Shown: positions 41,803 through 54,205 of the stretch, one piece after another
Layout: the number at the start of each line of letters is the position of its first letter
Position numbering within the stretch: position 1 is the stretch's first letter
NCBI GenBank assembly: GCA_964016885.1
Contig: OZ024743.1
Coordinates: 316,448,001-316,512,000 of the forward strand
From: Eledone cirrhosa
Lineage: Eukaryota
Length of the DNA: 64,000 bases
Reading direction: 5' to 3'
The notes under the pieces: model-generated
Told to the model about the DNA's origin: nothing
The model's input: only the letters and a program-made list of their open reading frames with translations
Databases searched by the model: none
Program-made: the position numbers and the translations under genes

Positions 41803-41810
<8 letters not shown>

Positions 41811-42268
41811 ATACTTTGGGAGGGTCATGTTGCCAATAAGAAACACACGCACCAGTTGCTTTCACTTCAATTTATTATAATAAATTTATAAATTTAGGAA
41901 TTTATAAATTTCCGGTTGGTTGGTTGATTCCACAACCAGATGGTTATTTATATATTGTCAAAGTTCTTTCGTCACGCATTCTGTGACTGGGGGTTCTTTT
42001 TGACACACAAAAACAAGATGGCGTAGGACAGAACAAAGGAGAGGCACAAAAAACAAAGAAAAGAACCCCCAGTCACTGAAGAGGTCACAGAATGTGTGAC
42101 GAAAGAACTTTGACAATATATAAACAACCATCTGGTTTTGGAACCAACCAACCAACCGGAAATTTATAAATTCCTAAATTTATAAATTTATTATAATAAA
42201 TTGAAGTGAAAGCAACTGGTGCGTGTGTTTCTTATTGGCAACATGACCCTCCCAAAGTATAACAATAT
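41803..42268. mobile_element. Fold-back element with ~200-bp inverted arms containing a hammerhead
   Basis: Arms 41803-42000 and 42058-42268 are nearly identical reverse complements. Confidence 0.88.
42072..42114 (+). ncRNA. Minimal type I hammerhead ribozyme motif
   Basis: GTCA-CTGAAGA-g-GTCACA gaatg TGTGAC-GAAA-GAAC-TT-TGAC. Confidence 0.78.
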
Positions 42269-42406
42269 CGGTTTCAACACACGTTTTCAGATAAAGAATC
42301 TTGCTAAACAAATTCAGAAACGAAATATATATATATATGTGTGTATATATTTTTGTATATAAGTGTATATATATTCACCTGTTTATCACAGGATTATCAG
42401 ACGAGA

Positions 42407-42438
<32 letters not shown>

Positions 42439-42441
42439 ATA

Positions 42442-42480
<39 letters not shown>

Positions 42481-42572
42481 ATAGACACACACACACACAC
42501 ACACACACAGACGTAATATATATATATATGTGTGTGTATATCTTTTTGTATGTATGTATATATATATATACA

Positions 42573-42605
<33 letters not shown>

Positions 42606-42930
42606 GTGTGTATATATATATTTTTGTATATACGTATATGTTCATATATAGATATATATATGAAAGAGAGGGTGATAGAGAATAGCCAAGTTATACTTAA
42701 AACATAATTTTAATTCTACATAATTTTCAATGAAGAGCGGCAGGCCATACCATGATACAAATGAGGTATCTGTCCCTCGTTCTACATATCTTCAGCAATT
42801 TAGATATTGTTATCAGTTTCAAGAGTAATAAATACAAGATAACGTCATACCATATCAATTAATACATTGCAAATTATAAGTACAATCAAATCAGAAGCAG
42901 TGTTAAGAACAGTTTATCAAAGTGTATTAC

Positions 42931-42978
<48 letters not shown>

Positions 42979-42980
42979 GT

Positions 42981-43030
42981 TCTCGTCTGATGATCCTGTG
43001 ATAAACAGGTGAAACTCCAGAGTTATAAGA
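42981..43030 (+). ncRNA. Type I hammerhead motif with U/U at the stem II base
   Basis: TCTCGT-CTGATGA-T-CCTGT gataa ACAGG-T-GAAA-CTC ca GAG-TT-ATAAGA, then AATAAA at ~43047; inverted partial copy at 42374-42409. Confidence 0.72.
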
Positions 43031-43067
43031 CTCAATATTTAGCCTTAATAAAATGAATATATATATA

Positions 43068-43660
43068 TCATCATCATCGTTTAACATCCATCTTCCATGC
43101 TAGCATGAGTAGGACGGTTTGACCTTTAGGGAAAAAATCAGATCAGAGAACCATGTTTAGCTCACTCGGGGCAGATCTTGGCTTTGTTTCTACAGCTAGA
43201 TGCCCTTCCTAGTTTACAGTGTGTGCTGGGTACTTTTTGTTGTGTCACCTACACGACCACATTACAGTGTGGCCTGAGCACTGTTTGTCATGTCACCAAC
43301 ATGACCACTTTACAGTGGGGACTGGGCACTTTTGTCTTGGAACTAGGGAGGGAGGAGGAAGCTTGAGGAAATTGCAGATGTAGGTAATAGGGGAGGGATG
43401 GTTACCGCAAAGGGAGGTGTATGAGGGGGGAGAAGGTTGAAGAAGGTGTTGCTTAATAGGTATAAGCCTCAGCCCGAGAATAATAGAGGGGGGGAGGGTC
43501 TTCTGTAATACTGCATAGTGCCAGAGGTTGCGGTCCTGTGTCATTGCCTTGATGCAAGGTCAGCTTTTATTACTTCGTCCCAAGTCTTCCTAAGCCTGCC
43601 CACTCCACGACTACCATCAACTTTGAGCGCTCTGCACCTTTTTATTCAGATGTCATCCTT
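43068..43660 (-). mobile_element. RTE LINE 3' fragment
   Basis: Minus strand encodes GRLRKTWDEV and QDRNLWHYAVLQKT; (GAT)n tail. Confidence 0.8.
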
Positions 43661-44163
43661 CACATATATATATATATATATAATTTTATAATAGAGTGCT
43701 CGTGAAAAATCACGAGCACTCTATCTCAAAATTATTTTTGAAAAGCATAAGAAATGTGCAACCAGTAAAAACTTAAAACTAAAACTGAATACTAACTAAT
43801 ACTTATTACTAATTTATACTTATTCCTAATTAAACTATTTTTCACTGGGAAAAATTTGTCAGCATTTTCTTTTCCTTTTTACAACTCGTGTTTCACACTT
43901 CTATTTTTTAAAAATATATATATATATATATATCAAAATTGCTTTCTATTCAACAATTTTTAATTGTTAGTGACCTAGAACTACTTCCTATTGCTGTGTA
44001 CTAAAATATTAGTGTGTGTGTAGTTGTGCTTGTGTATGTGTGCATTTGCGAATGTACTTTTGAGTGTGTATGCATATTATGTAACACTTATCTATCTATG
44101 TAGAAATCTTTGTGTAAATAGGTTAATATTGATATTGTATGTGTGTGTGATTGTAAATGCTAT

Positions 44164-44505
44164 TCATCATCATCATCATCATCATTTTTACGTCCGCTTT
44201 TTCCCTGCTTGCAAGGGTGGGACGGGACTGATTCTGGCTTGATTTCTACAGCTGGATGCCCTTCCTAACACCAACCTCATTTACAGTGAGTACTGGGTGC
44301 TTTTTTGTCGTGGCAGCTCCATGACCACTTTACAGTGGAATGATAGGGACCCCAGTCACTATCATCTCATTTCTGCAGCTGAGTAAACTGGAGCAATGTG
44401 AAATAAAGTGTCTTGCTCAAGGAAACAACACATCACCCGGTCTGAGAATTGAACTCACAACCTTTCGATTGCAAGGCCAATGCTCTAACCACTAACCCAT
44501 GTGCC
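44164..44505 (-). mobile_element. Composite SINE
   Basis: Near-identical reverse complement of 46257-46600. Confidence 0.85.
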
Positions 44506-46036
44506 TCTATTATGTATATATATATATGTATATTATATGGTGTGGTCTTGTATATATAATTATGTCAATAATGATGTGTTTTAGTTATTCCTGTATCTAT
44601 ATATTAATGTGTGTGCATTTGTGTGAAATCATATGTTCGAAATTATGTGTGTGTATGAAGTCATGTGTTCGAAATTGTGTATTTGTGAAATCACAACTGT
44701 GTGTGGGGAAAATCGTGTGTGTAGAAGAGGTTGTTCTTAATATATATTAACAAAGGATATCGAGGTGGTTGTAGTAGGTGTAAAGGCATAGAGGGAGGGA
44801 GTATAAGTTACTGTGGACTATTACAGTAAAGAGAGTGTAAGACATATGTAGTAACTATAGAGCAGCAGTTACCAACTGTGAACCCCACAAACCTGCCAGA
44901 GGGTGGGGTGGTGGGGTGTCATTAGAAGGTAGTACTGGAGGGGGTGTCCATGAGCTAAGTTCAACATTTCTAGTACTTTTTTTTTTATTGATCGTCAAGC
45001 TTCCAGGTCTTGTTTACCAAGTAGGATGAAACTCATCAGATTGGACCAATGGTCTTTCCATTGCTGATACTATGTACTTGTCACAACTCCTGGCAGATGG
45101 GCAAAATGTGCAACGTGAAACAGTGTCTTGTTCAAGAACATAACGCATCATCCTGTCTGGGAATTGAACTCACAACCTCATGATTCCAAATCCAACTCCT
45201 TACCCACTAAGTCACATACCTTCTCTAAATAACTACATTGTTAAAACCATAATATACACAGACTATTAGGTATCTACCTATAAATATCTCTCCCAAGTGA
45301 GATCATCCATCTAGATCAGAGATTGTGAACCATTTTTCACTTTGAAGAATCATTTTTAACTTGAATGTAAAAAATATTAGAGACTATTAGAGGCCTCATA
45401 ATTTATAAAGAAAACTTTTTTTATTTTACTCATTTTGATTGGAGCCCTAGGACACAGGTAAACTGTGCATCAATTAAAAAGATTGATGGGCTTCTAGTCC
45501 TTGCAGGAGTCTCTAGGCTTCAGCCTTGTCAACCTTATGCATCTTTGTGTGTGAGAGGGATTGTATTAACCCATGTAGGCCCCAAGATCATATTAATCCA
45601 TGTAGGCCCCTAGATCATATCCCATGTAGGTCCCTAATTGTATTAGCCCATGTAGCTCCCTAAACTTTCATGTATTTTGTGCCTTTTCTGGCATTTCAAT
45701 CTTTCACCCCAGAACAGCAAAAAGAACAAAAAGAAATCTGATGGACTCCTAGTCCCTGGGAGAGCCCCTAGGCTTTAGCATTGTTAGCCATATGAATAAT
45801 ACAGCCTTGGAGCTTTGATTTTGATGGACCGCCAAGTGAAAACAACAATAACAAAATAAACAAACAGACAAAAAAGAAACAAGATAACAATCTGCAACCA
45901 TCTGTCAAGCTTGCTTTAATGACAAAAAAATCATTTATTTCCTTCCTTCAGTTTCAATCTATCTGCCTATCCCCCACCTGCCATCTCTCACTCACACTCT
46001 CTCTCTGTCTCTCTCACTCTCTCTCTGTCTCTCTCA

Positions 46037-46067
<31 letters not shown>

Positions 46068-46165
46068 TGTCTCTCTCACTCTCTCTCATTCTCTCTGTCT
46101 CTCTCTCTCTCTCTCATTCTCTCTGTCTCTCTCTCTCTCATTCTCTCTGTCTCTCTCTCTCTCAT

Positions 46166-46203
<38 letters not shown>

Positions 46204-46256
46204 CATAATTAGGGAACAAAGAATCAGTGTTGCATCATATACATATTTAATTACAT

Positions 46257-46600
46257 ATGGAGGCACATGGCTTAGTGGTTAGAGCATTGGCCTTGCAATC
46301 GAAAGGTTGTGAGTTCAATTCTCAGACCGGGTGATGTGTTGTTTCCTTAAGCAAGACACTTTATTTCACATTGCTCCAGTTTACTCAGCTGTAGAAATGA
46401 GATGATAGGGACTGGGGTCCATATCATTCCACTGTAAAGTGGTCGTGGAGGTGCCACGGCAAAAAAGCCCCCAGCACTCACTGTAAATGAGGTTGGTGTT
46501 AGGAAGGGCATCCAGCTGTAGAAATCAAGCCAGAATCAGTTCCCGTCCCACCCTTGCAAGCAGGAAAAAAGTGGACGTAAAATGAAATGATGATGATGTT
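46257..46600 (+). mobile_element. Composite SINE
   Basis: tRNA-like head, cttaagcaagacac core, RTE-like tail with gatgatgat. Confidence 0.85.
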
Positions 46601-47262
46601 TCACTGCCGATCATCTCGAGGAATGTTTGTTCCTGACTCTGGAATCGAAAGCTCCTCAAATATGTTTTCACATGTAGACTCACATAAGCAAATAGAAAGA
46701 TGGACTCGATACATAGGTTTAAAAATATGTAGAACTTCAATGCCATATTTCTATTTATTTATTTATACTCACTGTATTTACGTCTATCTTTCCATACGTT
46801 TTTCCTTAAAAACATCTTTTATTCTTCCTACAAATATTGAATGAACATATTCAGCTCACTCTGAAAATATTTGGTAATTATATAATCTCATATATCGCCC
46901 TCTACATACAAATTGAGTTTATATTGTCTTACCCTTGCTATCATCATCATCATCATCGATTAATGCTAGCACGGGTTAGACGGGTTTGTCCCATTTAGAG
47001 GCAAGTTGAGTCAGGTGACTGTGTCTCACTCATATAGGAGAGTTTCTGGCTGGATGCCCTTCCTAATGCCAACCCACATTTACAGTGTGTGCTGGATGCT
47101 TTTTGTCATGGCACCTACACATATATATATATATATACACACACACACACGCACATACATTATCATCATCATCACTGTTTAATGTCCATTTTTCCATGCT
47201 AGCATGGATTGGAGGATATATATATATATTGGAAAATGTGTGAGATCCTTGGTACAGTTAGG

Positions 47263-47480
47263 TATATTTGAAAAAAAGGAAAAGAATGACTTCACTTGTA
47301 GTGTTACAAATTTTTTATGATTTAATGTTATAATATAATATTTTAATGTTATGAGTTGGTAGATCCAGTCTGATCTGGGTCTACCAACTCATAATATTAT
47401 AATATTATATTATAACATTAAATCATAAAAAATGTTTAACACTACAAGTGAAGTCATTCTTTTTCTTTTTTTCAAATATA
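47263..47480. repeat. AT-rich palindrome with ~105-bp arms
   Basis: Arms 47263-47368 and 47375-47480 around a 6-nt loop. Confidence 0.9.
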
Positions 47481-47483
47481 TAT

Positions 47484-50400
47484 CATAGTCAAAACGCATA
47501 AATTTCATAGATCACAAAGTGCATATACACACATTATAGATAGAGGTGTAGTTATATTGATACTCAATTAAAAACATACATACACATAAATAGATGTAAA
47601 CATATACATACATCTACATATGTGCACACAATCATATACATACATATATATATATATATACATATACACACCTATACACACATACATGTACACACACACA
47701 TAAACACTCATACACATATACACGCATATACATATATACACACACATATATATATATATATTCTCATATCATACATACATAGATACATATTTACTCATGC
47801 AATTACGGGTGGTTGTGTACCTTGATGCCATTAATCATTAACGCATAAATCTAAGGAAGCTAAAAAATTAAAAGGTAAGAAATAAGCATGAATGCGTATA
47901 ATTAGGGGCAAGGGATACTAACAAATGTTACGTTACATAGAATTATAGTGAGTTGCTATTTAGAATGTTTAATTAGGTTTATAGTATTTAACTGTTTTTC
48001 GTATACGGTGATTACAAACTATAATCAGTTCCTGTCTTTTATTCAATAAGTCGTCCTTAGATTTAGTAATTCCCAAGATCTCCCCTGAACATAACCTGCA
48101 TTCTCTCCTGTTCCCAAGATATGGAGTTCTTTGTAGAATGGTGTTCCACGATAGCTTGAAATCTATTTTTTTCTTTTTATAGTTATTTACTGCTTCAGCT
48201 AAAGATGTGGTGTTAGCTAGTTTAGTGTTGTTAAAGCTACTAGAGTGTGCGTAAAATCTTTTCTTAAATGTGTTTGATGTAGATCCTATATATGTTTTGT
48301 TGGAGTCAGTAGTGGATACAGTGCATTTATATATTACATTATTAATCAAACAGTTGCCATTTAAGGGGCAAATGCTTCTATATCTGCAATTACAACCATA
48401 CGTAAGATGGTTGTTGGGGGTATCTACATAATTCTCATTAATTCTTGAGCTATTCTTATTGTAATTAATGTTAGAGAGAGAATGAGTGCTGCTTTGTGGG
48501 TGGTTTAGTGCTGGGGTTGTATTGTGATTTTGTGTTATGTTGTTTTTGTGTTGGTGATTTGGGTGGTTGTGTTTTCCAGGTTGAAGGATTGTATTATTTG
48601 TCCTTTTAAAAGGTACAGTCCTATTTAAATTATGTTGTGGTGGTGTGGTCATATTATTTTTAAATTTATAAATGTTGTAGTTACTTATTTTTTGCTGGAG
48701 ATTGTTTGATGTAGAGTATGAGAATTTAACAGTATACCTGTTAAATATTTGGTGGTATCTGTGGTTTGGTGGAAAATGTTTATGTAGAATTTCGAAGAAT
48801 TTTTGGGGGATTTGTCCAATAATTTGCAGGTTGAAGGGTGCGTTGTACCATGTTATGTTTCTTTTGCGGTTTTTAGTTAAGTTCTCATTACCACTTATAT
48901 TAATGTGTTGTGTTCTAGAAGAGTTCTTATGGTTAGTATCTGTATTTGTGGAATTTGGTAAACTACCGTGGTTGTATTTGGTGTTATTATTGGGTAGATT
49001 AAGAGAGGTTGAATGCTTGGTATTCATATGTGAGTTGATAACATTGGTCATAGATCGTGTAGTAATAGTTGTTGTGGTTTTTCGGTTGTTTGGTGTGATA
49101 GGAATAACCCCATTAGGTATTTGTTTCGATGGTATTTTTTGGTGTTTGTAGTTTTTGCTAGGTTTTATATTTTGGTCCATAGTAGTGTTGGGGATATATG
49201 AAATTTTTTCATTATATCCACTTCTAGTTAGGGCCTCGTTGTAGAAGGGTGCCTTATTATAAAATATATCTTCATTGGAAGATAATTTAGAAAGTCTAAT
49301 ATATATACTAAGTTTTTGAGTATAAAGCCAGGGTGGTTAGAGCGTGAATGTACATAGTGTAGATTCTGGTTGGGTTTGTGGTAAGGTTGATAAATATTCG
49401 TAGAGAGGTCTAAGGTAACGTCAAGGAAGTTAGCTACTTTTGAAGTGTTTTCAAAGGTGATGTTAAGGTTGTAATAGTCCTTGAGGAATTTTCTAATTAG
49501 TTTTTTGTTTTTCTCTATATTAGAATTGCTAAGATTGTTAGATAACAATAGACAATCATCCCAATAAAGACCACATTTGAATGAATATTATAGAGGAGAA
49601 ATAGTCCAATGAGGTCTGTAACTTGAGCAGAGTCCATGGACCCCATCATTATATCGAGTAAGTTGTTATATGTGTTTCTTGTCCAGTGTTCTTCTTGGAA
49701 GTTTAGTAAGGTTTTTCTAGCATGAGTTATGATGTTGATTTCCTCAGTAGATAAATCCGATCTATTTCTGGCAAGATCAGTGCTTTGTTTAAAAGAATTG
49801 GAGAAATCGAAGAATCGATGTCGAATTGAATGAATGAAGCTGAGTTTTTATTTTCGATGCTAGTGAACCATTCAATAACTTGGGAAGTGTTAGCCCATAA
49901 TGGAAGTGTTACAAATTTTCTAATTTGGGGAATGATTCGATCAGATATCAGATTTTGATGGGCCTATCAGTCTAATAGATGGGTTCGAATTAAAGTCAGA
50001 TTTATGGTCCTTCAGGTTGAAGTGCGGGCTTTTAGGTGTGAAAGGCTCAGTTCTATCTTCAATATGGAGTTTTTTTTAGTATATCACATGATATGTTGTT
50101 CAAGGATATCAGTGCAGTGGTGCTTGTTTTCTTATAGTTTTTTCTAAGTTCTTTATATACGAACTGGTTATATTTATCGATATCCATATGGTACAGATTA
50201 CCAGTTTTAATTTTTTAGCTTCCTTAGATTTATGCGTTAATGATTAAGGGCAACAAGGTACACAACCACCCGTAATTGCATGAGTAAATATGTATCTATG
50301 TATATATGATATGAGAATATATATATATATCTGTGTGTGTGTGTGTATATATGTATGCGTGTATATGTGTATGACTGTTTATGTATGTGTGTACATGTGT

Positions 50401-50616
50401 ACATATATGTATGTGTGTATAGGTGTGTATATGTATATATATATATATATATATATGCATGTATATGATTGTGTGCACATATGTAGATGTATGTATATGT
50501 TTACATCTATTTATGTGTATGTATGTTTTTAATTTAGTATCAATATAACTACACCTCTATCTATAATGTGGGTATATGCACTTTGTGATCTATGAAATTT
50601 ATGCGTTTTGACTATG
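47484..50616 (-). mobile_element. Penelope-like retroelement (probably Naiad-type), decayed, with ~390-410 bp inverted terminal copies
   Basis: RT remnants LKDHK..SIRLI, QVIEWF..SFIQFDI, DIMMGSMDSAQVTDLIGLFLL, GLYWDD, NFLDVTLDL..YHKPN..SNHP; GIY-YIG ORF; 47484-47873 is the reverse complement of 50205-50616. Confidence 0.9.
47969..49180 (-). CDS. Penelope-like linker plus GIY-YIG endonuclease (C-terminal part of a disrupted ORF)
   Basis: RKRNITWYNAPF, VKFSYS, CNCRYRSICPLNGNC, VIYKC..YIGST..FKKRF..H, CRLC, LLNKRQE..CNH. Confidence 0.88.
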   Translation of the reverse strand: MDQNIKPSKNYKHQKIPSKQIPNGVIPITPNNRKTTTTITTRSMTNVINSHMNTKHSTSLNLPNNNTKYNHGSLPNSTNTDTNHKNSSRTQHINISGNENLTKNRKRNITWYNAPFNLQIIGQIPQKFFEILHKHFPPNHRYHQIFNRYTVKFSYSTSNNLQQKISNYNIYKFKNNMTTPPQHNLNRTVPFKRTNNTILQPGKHNHPNHQHKNNITQNHNTTPALNHPQSSTHSLSNINYNKNSSRINENYVDTPNNHLTYGCNCRYRSICPLNGNCLINNVIYKCTVSTTDSNKTYIGSTSNTFKKRFYAHSSSFNNTKLANTTSLAEAVNNYKKKKIDFKLSWNTILQRTPYLGNRRECRLCSGEILGITKSKDDLLNKRQELIIVCNHRIRKTVKYYKPN

Positions 50617-51627
50617 TCAACATGCATTTATCTGAGTTTGATTATTTATACATGGACATACTTGAAAGTATTTTAAGATGTATCATACACTGTATTATAC
50701 TATGTACAATGTACCACACCGTACTATATTGTGTTACATTATATTATATTATTGTATTACTATATTTCATTATCATATTATAATTTTCATCTTTTTATAT
50801 GCTATCTTTCCTAGTCATGACCTTAATTTATATTCACCTAAAAACTCCATACAACACAACTCAACATTTAATTTTTACATTCCTTTTAAACTTCACTATA
50901 CCATATACATTCAACTATCAATATGACAATCCCCTTTTTCCTCATAGATTCTTTATAGCAATTCTATTGTTAACACCTTCAACCATTCCTTTCAAAGGGT
51001 CATGACCTCAACTAAAGTGAGTTATTTTTCATCTTAACATCATATGGGAAAAAAACAATCTGATTGGTTTGTTCTTCAGCTACCTCCAAATAAGGTCATA
51101 GAACTCAATTTACTACTAATTTTGAATAAAATTCTCATTGCTTTTGACAACAGCTAGTGATATACATGTAAGTAAATATTTTCCTTATCTGATATTTTGT
51201 AACTAACCTTACATAGATCGATAATTGTTTCTACGTTAGGCACAAGGCCAGTAATTTCCCAGTGTATTACTGGTACTTTATTTTATCGACCCCGTAAGGA
51301 TGAAAGGCAAAGTTAAACTCGGCGGGATTTTCACTCAGAATGGCAAGGGCCGTAACTCTATGCACCAAAGCATGGCATCCGACACTCTACCAATACTGCC
51401 AATCCATCTCGATAATGAAGTATGGTTATGATGTATTATCATCACCTAGAAACGATCGTAAAGCAGTGAAGTATATTTCTAATGACTTGAATTTTATTTC
51501 ATTGTTTTAACTTATATCATGATTCTGTTTTCCTTTTAATGTTTTATTGTTTTCTGGGATTTATTTTAACCTACAACATTTTCAACATATGAATTACATT
51601 GAGTTCTTCAACTTACCATGGATATCT

Positions 51628-52910
51628 CTGTGTTAGGAATGGCGTAGGTAGAAACTCCATTTTATGTCCCAAATGCAAAGTATAGGTGCATAAAAGATGT
51701 AGTGGGATCACAGGTAAGCTAACTAAGAACATAGATTTTACATGTGGCCGGTGCTCTGGTGCAATAAGTAGCAGCAAGTGCCCACAGAATACTAGCTCCT
51801 TCAACTGCGCAGAGGGTTCTATAGAAATAGTGGACAGCTTCCGTTACCTGGGTGACAAAATCAGCAGTGGGGGAGGGTGCTCTGAAAGTACAGTAGCTAG
51901 AGTCAGAACTGGATGGAAAAAGTTCAAAGAGCTTATACCACTATTAGCCGCTAAAGGGTTCTCCCTAAAAATGAAAGGCAGGTTGTATGATGCCTGCATA
52001 CGAACAGCAATGTTGCATGGCAGTGAGACCTGGGCATTGTGTGCAGAGGATATACGCAGACTAGAGAGGAACGAAGCTTGCATGCTCCGCTGGATGTGTA
52101 ATAGTAATATACGTGAACGGCAAAGCATAAACGAACTAAGGAAAAAATTAGAAATAAGAGGGATCAGATGTTGTTTACTCGAGAGAAGGCTACGTTGGTA
52201 TGGTCACGTGATGCGCATGAAAGACGATAGCTGTATAACAAAGTGCAGGGCAATAAAGATAGACGGTAGCCATGGAGTAGGCAGACCCAGAAAAACCTGG
52301 GACGAGCTGATAAATTCCGATCTCACACACTTACACCTCTCCAAGACAATGTCACTGGACCGAGACCTATGGCGGTACTCAGTAATAGAGAAGACCCGCC
52401 TTACCTAAATACAAAGTAAAACCTACTACAGTCAGTAGGCATCTCTAACAAAATACACCCCGTCCCACCACCCCCACCCCATCCACACCGCCCCTTTCAA
52501 TGTAAAGTTATGTTGGTGCCACAAAATCCAGGCCGAAACAAATGAGATCGTGTAGGTGTCACGAAAAAAAAAAAACACACAGTCCACGCTGTAATGTGAC
52601 CGTGTAGGCAACATGGTAAAAACCTCCCAGCCCCACACTGTAAATGTGGTTGGTGTTAGGAAGGGCATCCAGCTGTAGAAAACCCGCCAGACAGTCCACG
52701 CTGTAATGTGGCCGTGTAGGCAACACGGTAAAAACCTCCCAGCCCCACACTGTAAATGTGGCTGGTGTTAGGAAGGGCATCCAGCTGTAGAAAACCCGCC
52801 AGACAGTCCTATGCAAGCAATGACAACCACTCTTGCCTCAAGTGGGAAAACTCCCGTCCAAACCCATGCAAGCGTGGAACATGGACGTTAAACGATGATG
52901 ATGATGATGA
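51628..52910 (+). mobile_element. 5'-truncated RTE LINE (family of 35705)
   Basis: HKRCSGI..CGRC, FRYLGD, LHGSETW, RRLRWYGHV, GRPRKTW; (GAT)n tail. Confidence 0.92.
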
Positions 52911-53046
52911 TATATATATATATATTAGAAAATGAGGTTTTTTTTCCAAAATGAAAAAAAATGAGATGTCCTACATGAGTGAAAGTATAAGGAAAAAAGA
53001 TGAAATCGAAAATGCAACTGGAGTCTTTTTAAGAATATTTATTTAG

Positions 53047-53090
53047 TTCCTTTACCGGTTTCGCAGTTATTATGCTTTTCAAAAGTAGAA
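53047..53090 (-). ncRNA. Hammerhead motif with U3-A8 core variant
   Basis: Minus strand reads TTCtaCTT-TTGAAAA-GCA taataac TGC-GAAA-CCGG-TA-AAGGAA, followed by AATAAA. Confidence 0.62.
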
Positions 53091-53116
53091 TTGAGATGGA
53101 TGGTTTGTGGTTTTCT

Positions 53117-53332
53117 ATCATCATCATCATCAGGTTTAGCGTCCGTGTTCCACGCTTGCATGGGTTTGGACGGGGGTTTTCCCACTTGAGGCAAGAGTGG
53201 TTGTCTTGCTCGCATAGGACTGTCTGGCGGGTTTTCTACAGCTGGATGCCCTTCCTAACACCAACCACATTTACAGTGTGGGGCTGGGAGGTTTTTACCG
53301 TGTTGCCTACACGGCCACATTACAGCGTGGAC
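53117..53332 (-). mobile_element. RTE 3' end, inverted relative to 52690-52910
   Basis: Near-identical reverse complement of 52690-52910. Confidence 0.88.
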
Positions 53333-53433
53333 TATATATATATGAGAGAGAGAGAGAAAGGAGAGAGAAACAAATGATTTCTACAGGTCTAGAAAAGTTC
53401 TTATCTTGTTGAAGTAATTTCTTTATATAATAA

Positions 53434-54205
53434 CTAGCTGATGTACCCAAATTCACCCAGGTAAAAAGATAAGCAAAGACAGGTAGAAGAGAAAATGACT
53501 ATATTGGATGTTTATCTGGTTTACAGTATGAGGCGAGACCATAATGTGTGTGTGTTACAAAAAAATAAACAGTAAAAAAATCTTCCAGATATACCAGATT
53601 CTTCATTTTACCATTCGTGCATAGTATATGAAGTTTCTAGGTGTTTCCACTTGTGAACAACCTACATATAACTGTCCATGGGTAAAATGTACGGTCATAG
53701 CAAAACTGGCTCTAACAGGGAACTGAAATCTTGAGAATTTAAATGGCAGCTCGGTAGAGGAATTTTGGGAATAAATGCATTTTCTCCTTGATGAGTGCCC
53801 CCAAGAATAGTGATTGTTCATCATCTTTCTGGCTGTAAAGTGTGTGCCATTGCATAGACGTAGCGGGTCCATATTACTCAAAATAATGATGGAAGTTCAA
53901 ACCTTTTATATTATATATAGATATAGATATATAGATAATTGTGTATAAGTGTGTCTGAATGGTGTGTTTAATTCTCTGTGTATCTGATTAAGTATTTACA
54001 TGATGTGTGTGTATGTAACTTACTAAGGCATAATGTACGTGCAAACACAAACACACTCCCAGTATTCAAATGAAAATAAAAATTATGTGTTGTCGCTCCC
54101 AGGGTCTATTAACTTGTAAAATTTGATTTGATTTGGTCAAGATTTGGTCAAGCTGTTTGGAAATGCATAAGGAACAGACACAAAGAATTTTATATAGAGA
54201 GAGAT
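53434..54205 (-). mobile_element. Helitron remnant with PIF1-helicase fragment
   Basis: NMDPLRLCNGT, LPFKFSRFQFPVRASFAMT, FTHGQLYVGCS; CTAG|T 3' end at 53434; 5' boundary uncertain. Confidence 0.8.

Noticed and set aside
47780-47870. SECIS element or selenoprotein-type Penelope
   Set aside because: No in-frame TGA at Cys positions in the endonuclease ORF and no correctly placed GA quartet; no hammerhead was seen in this UTR either.
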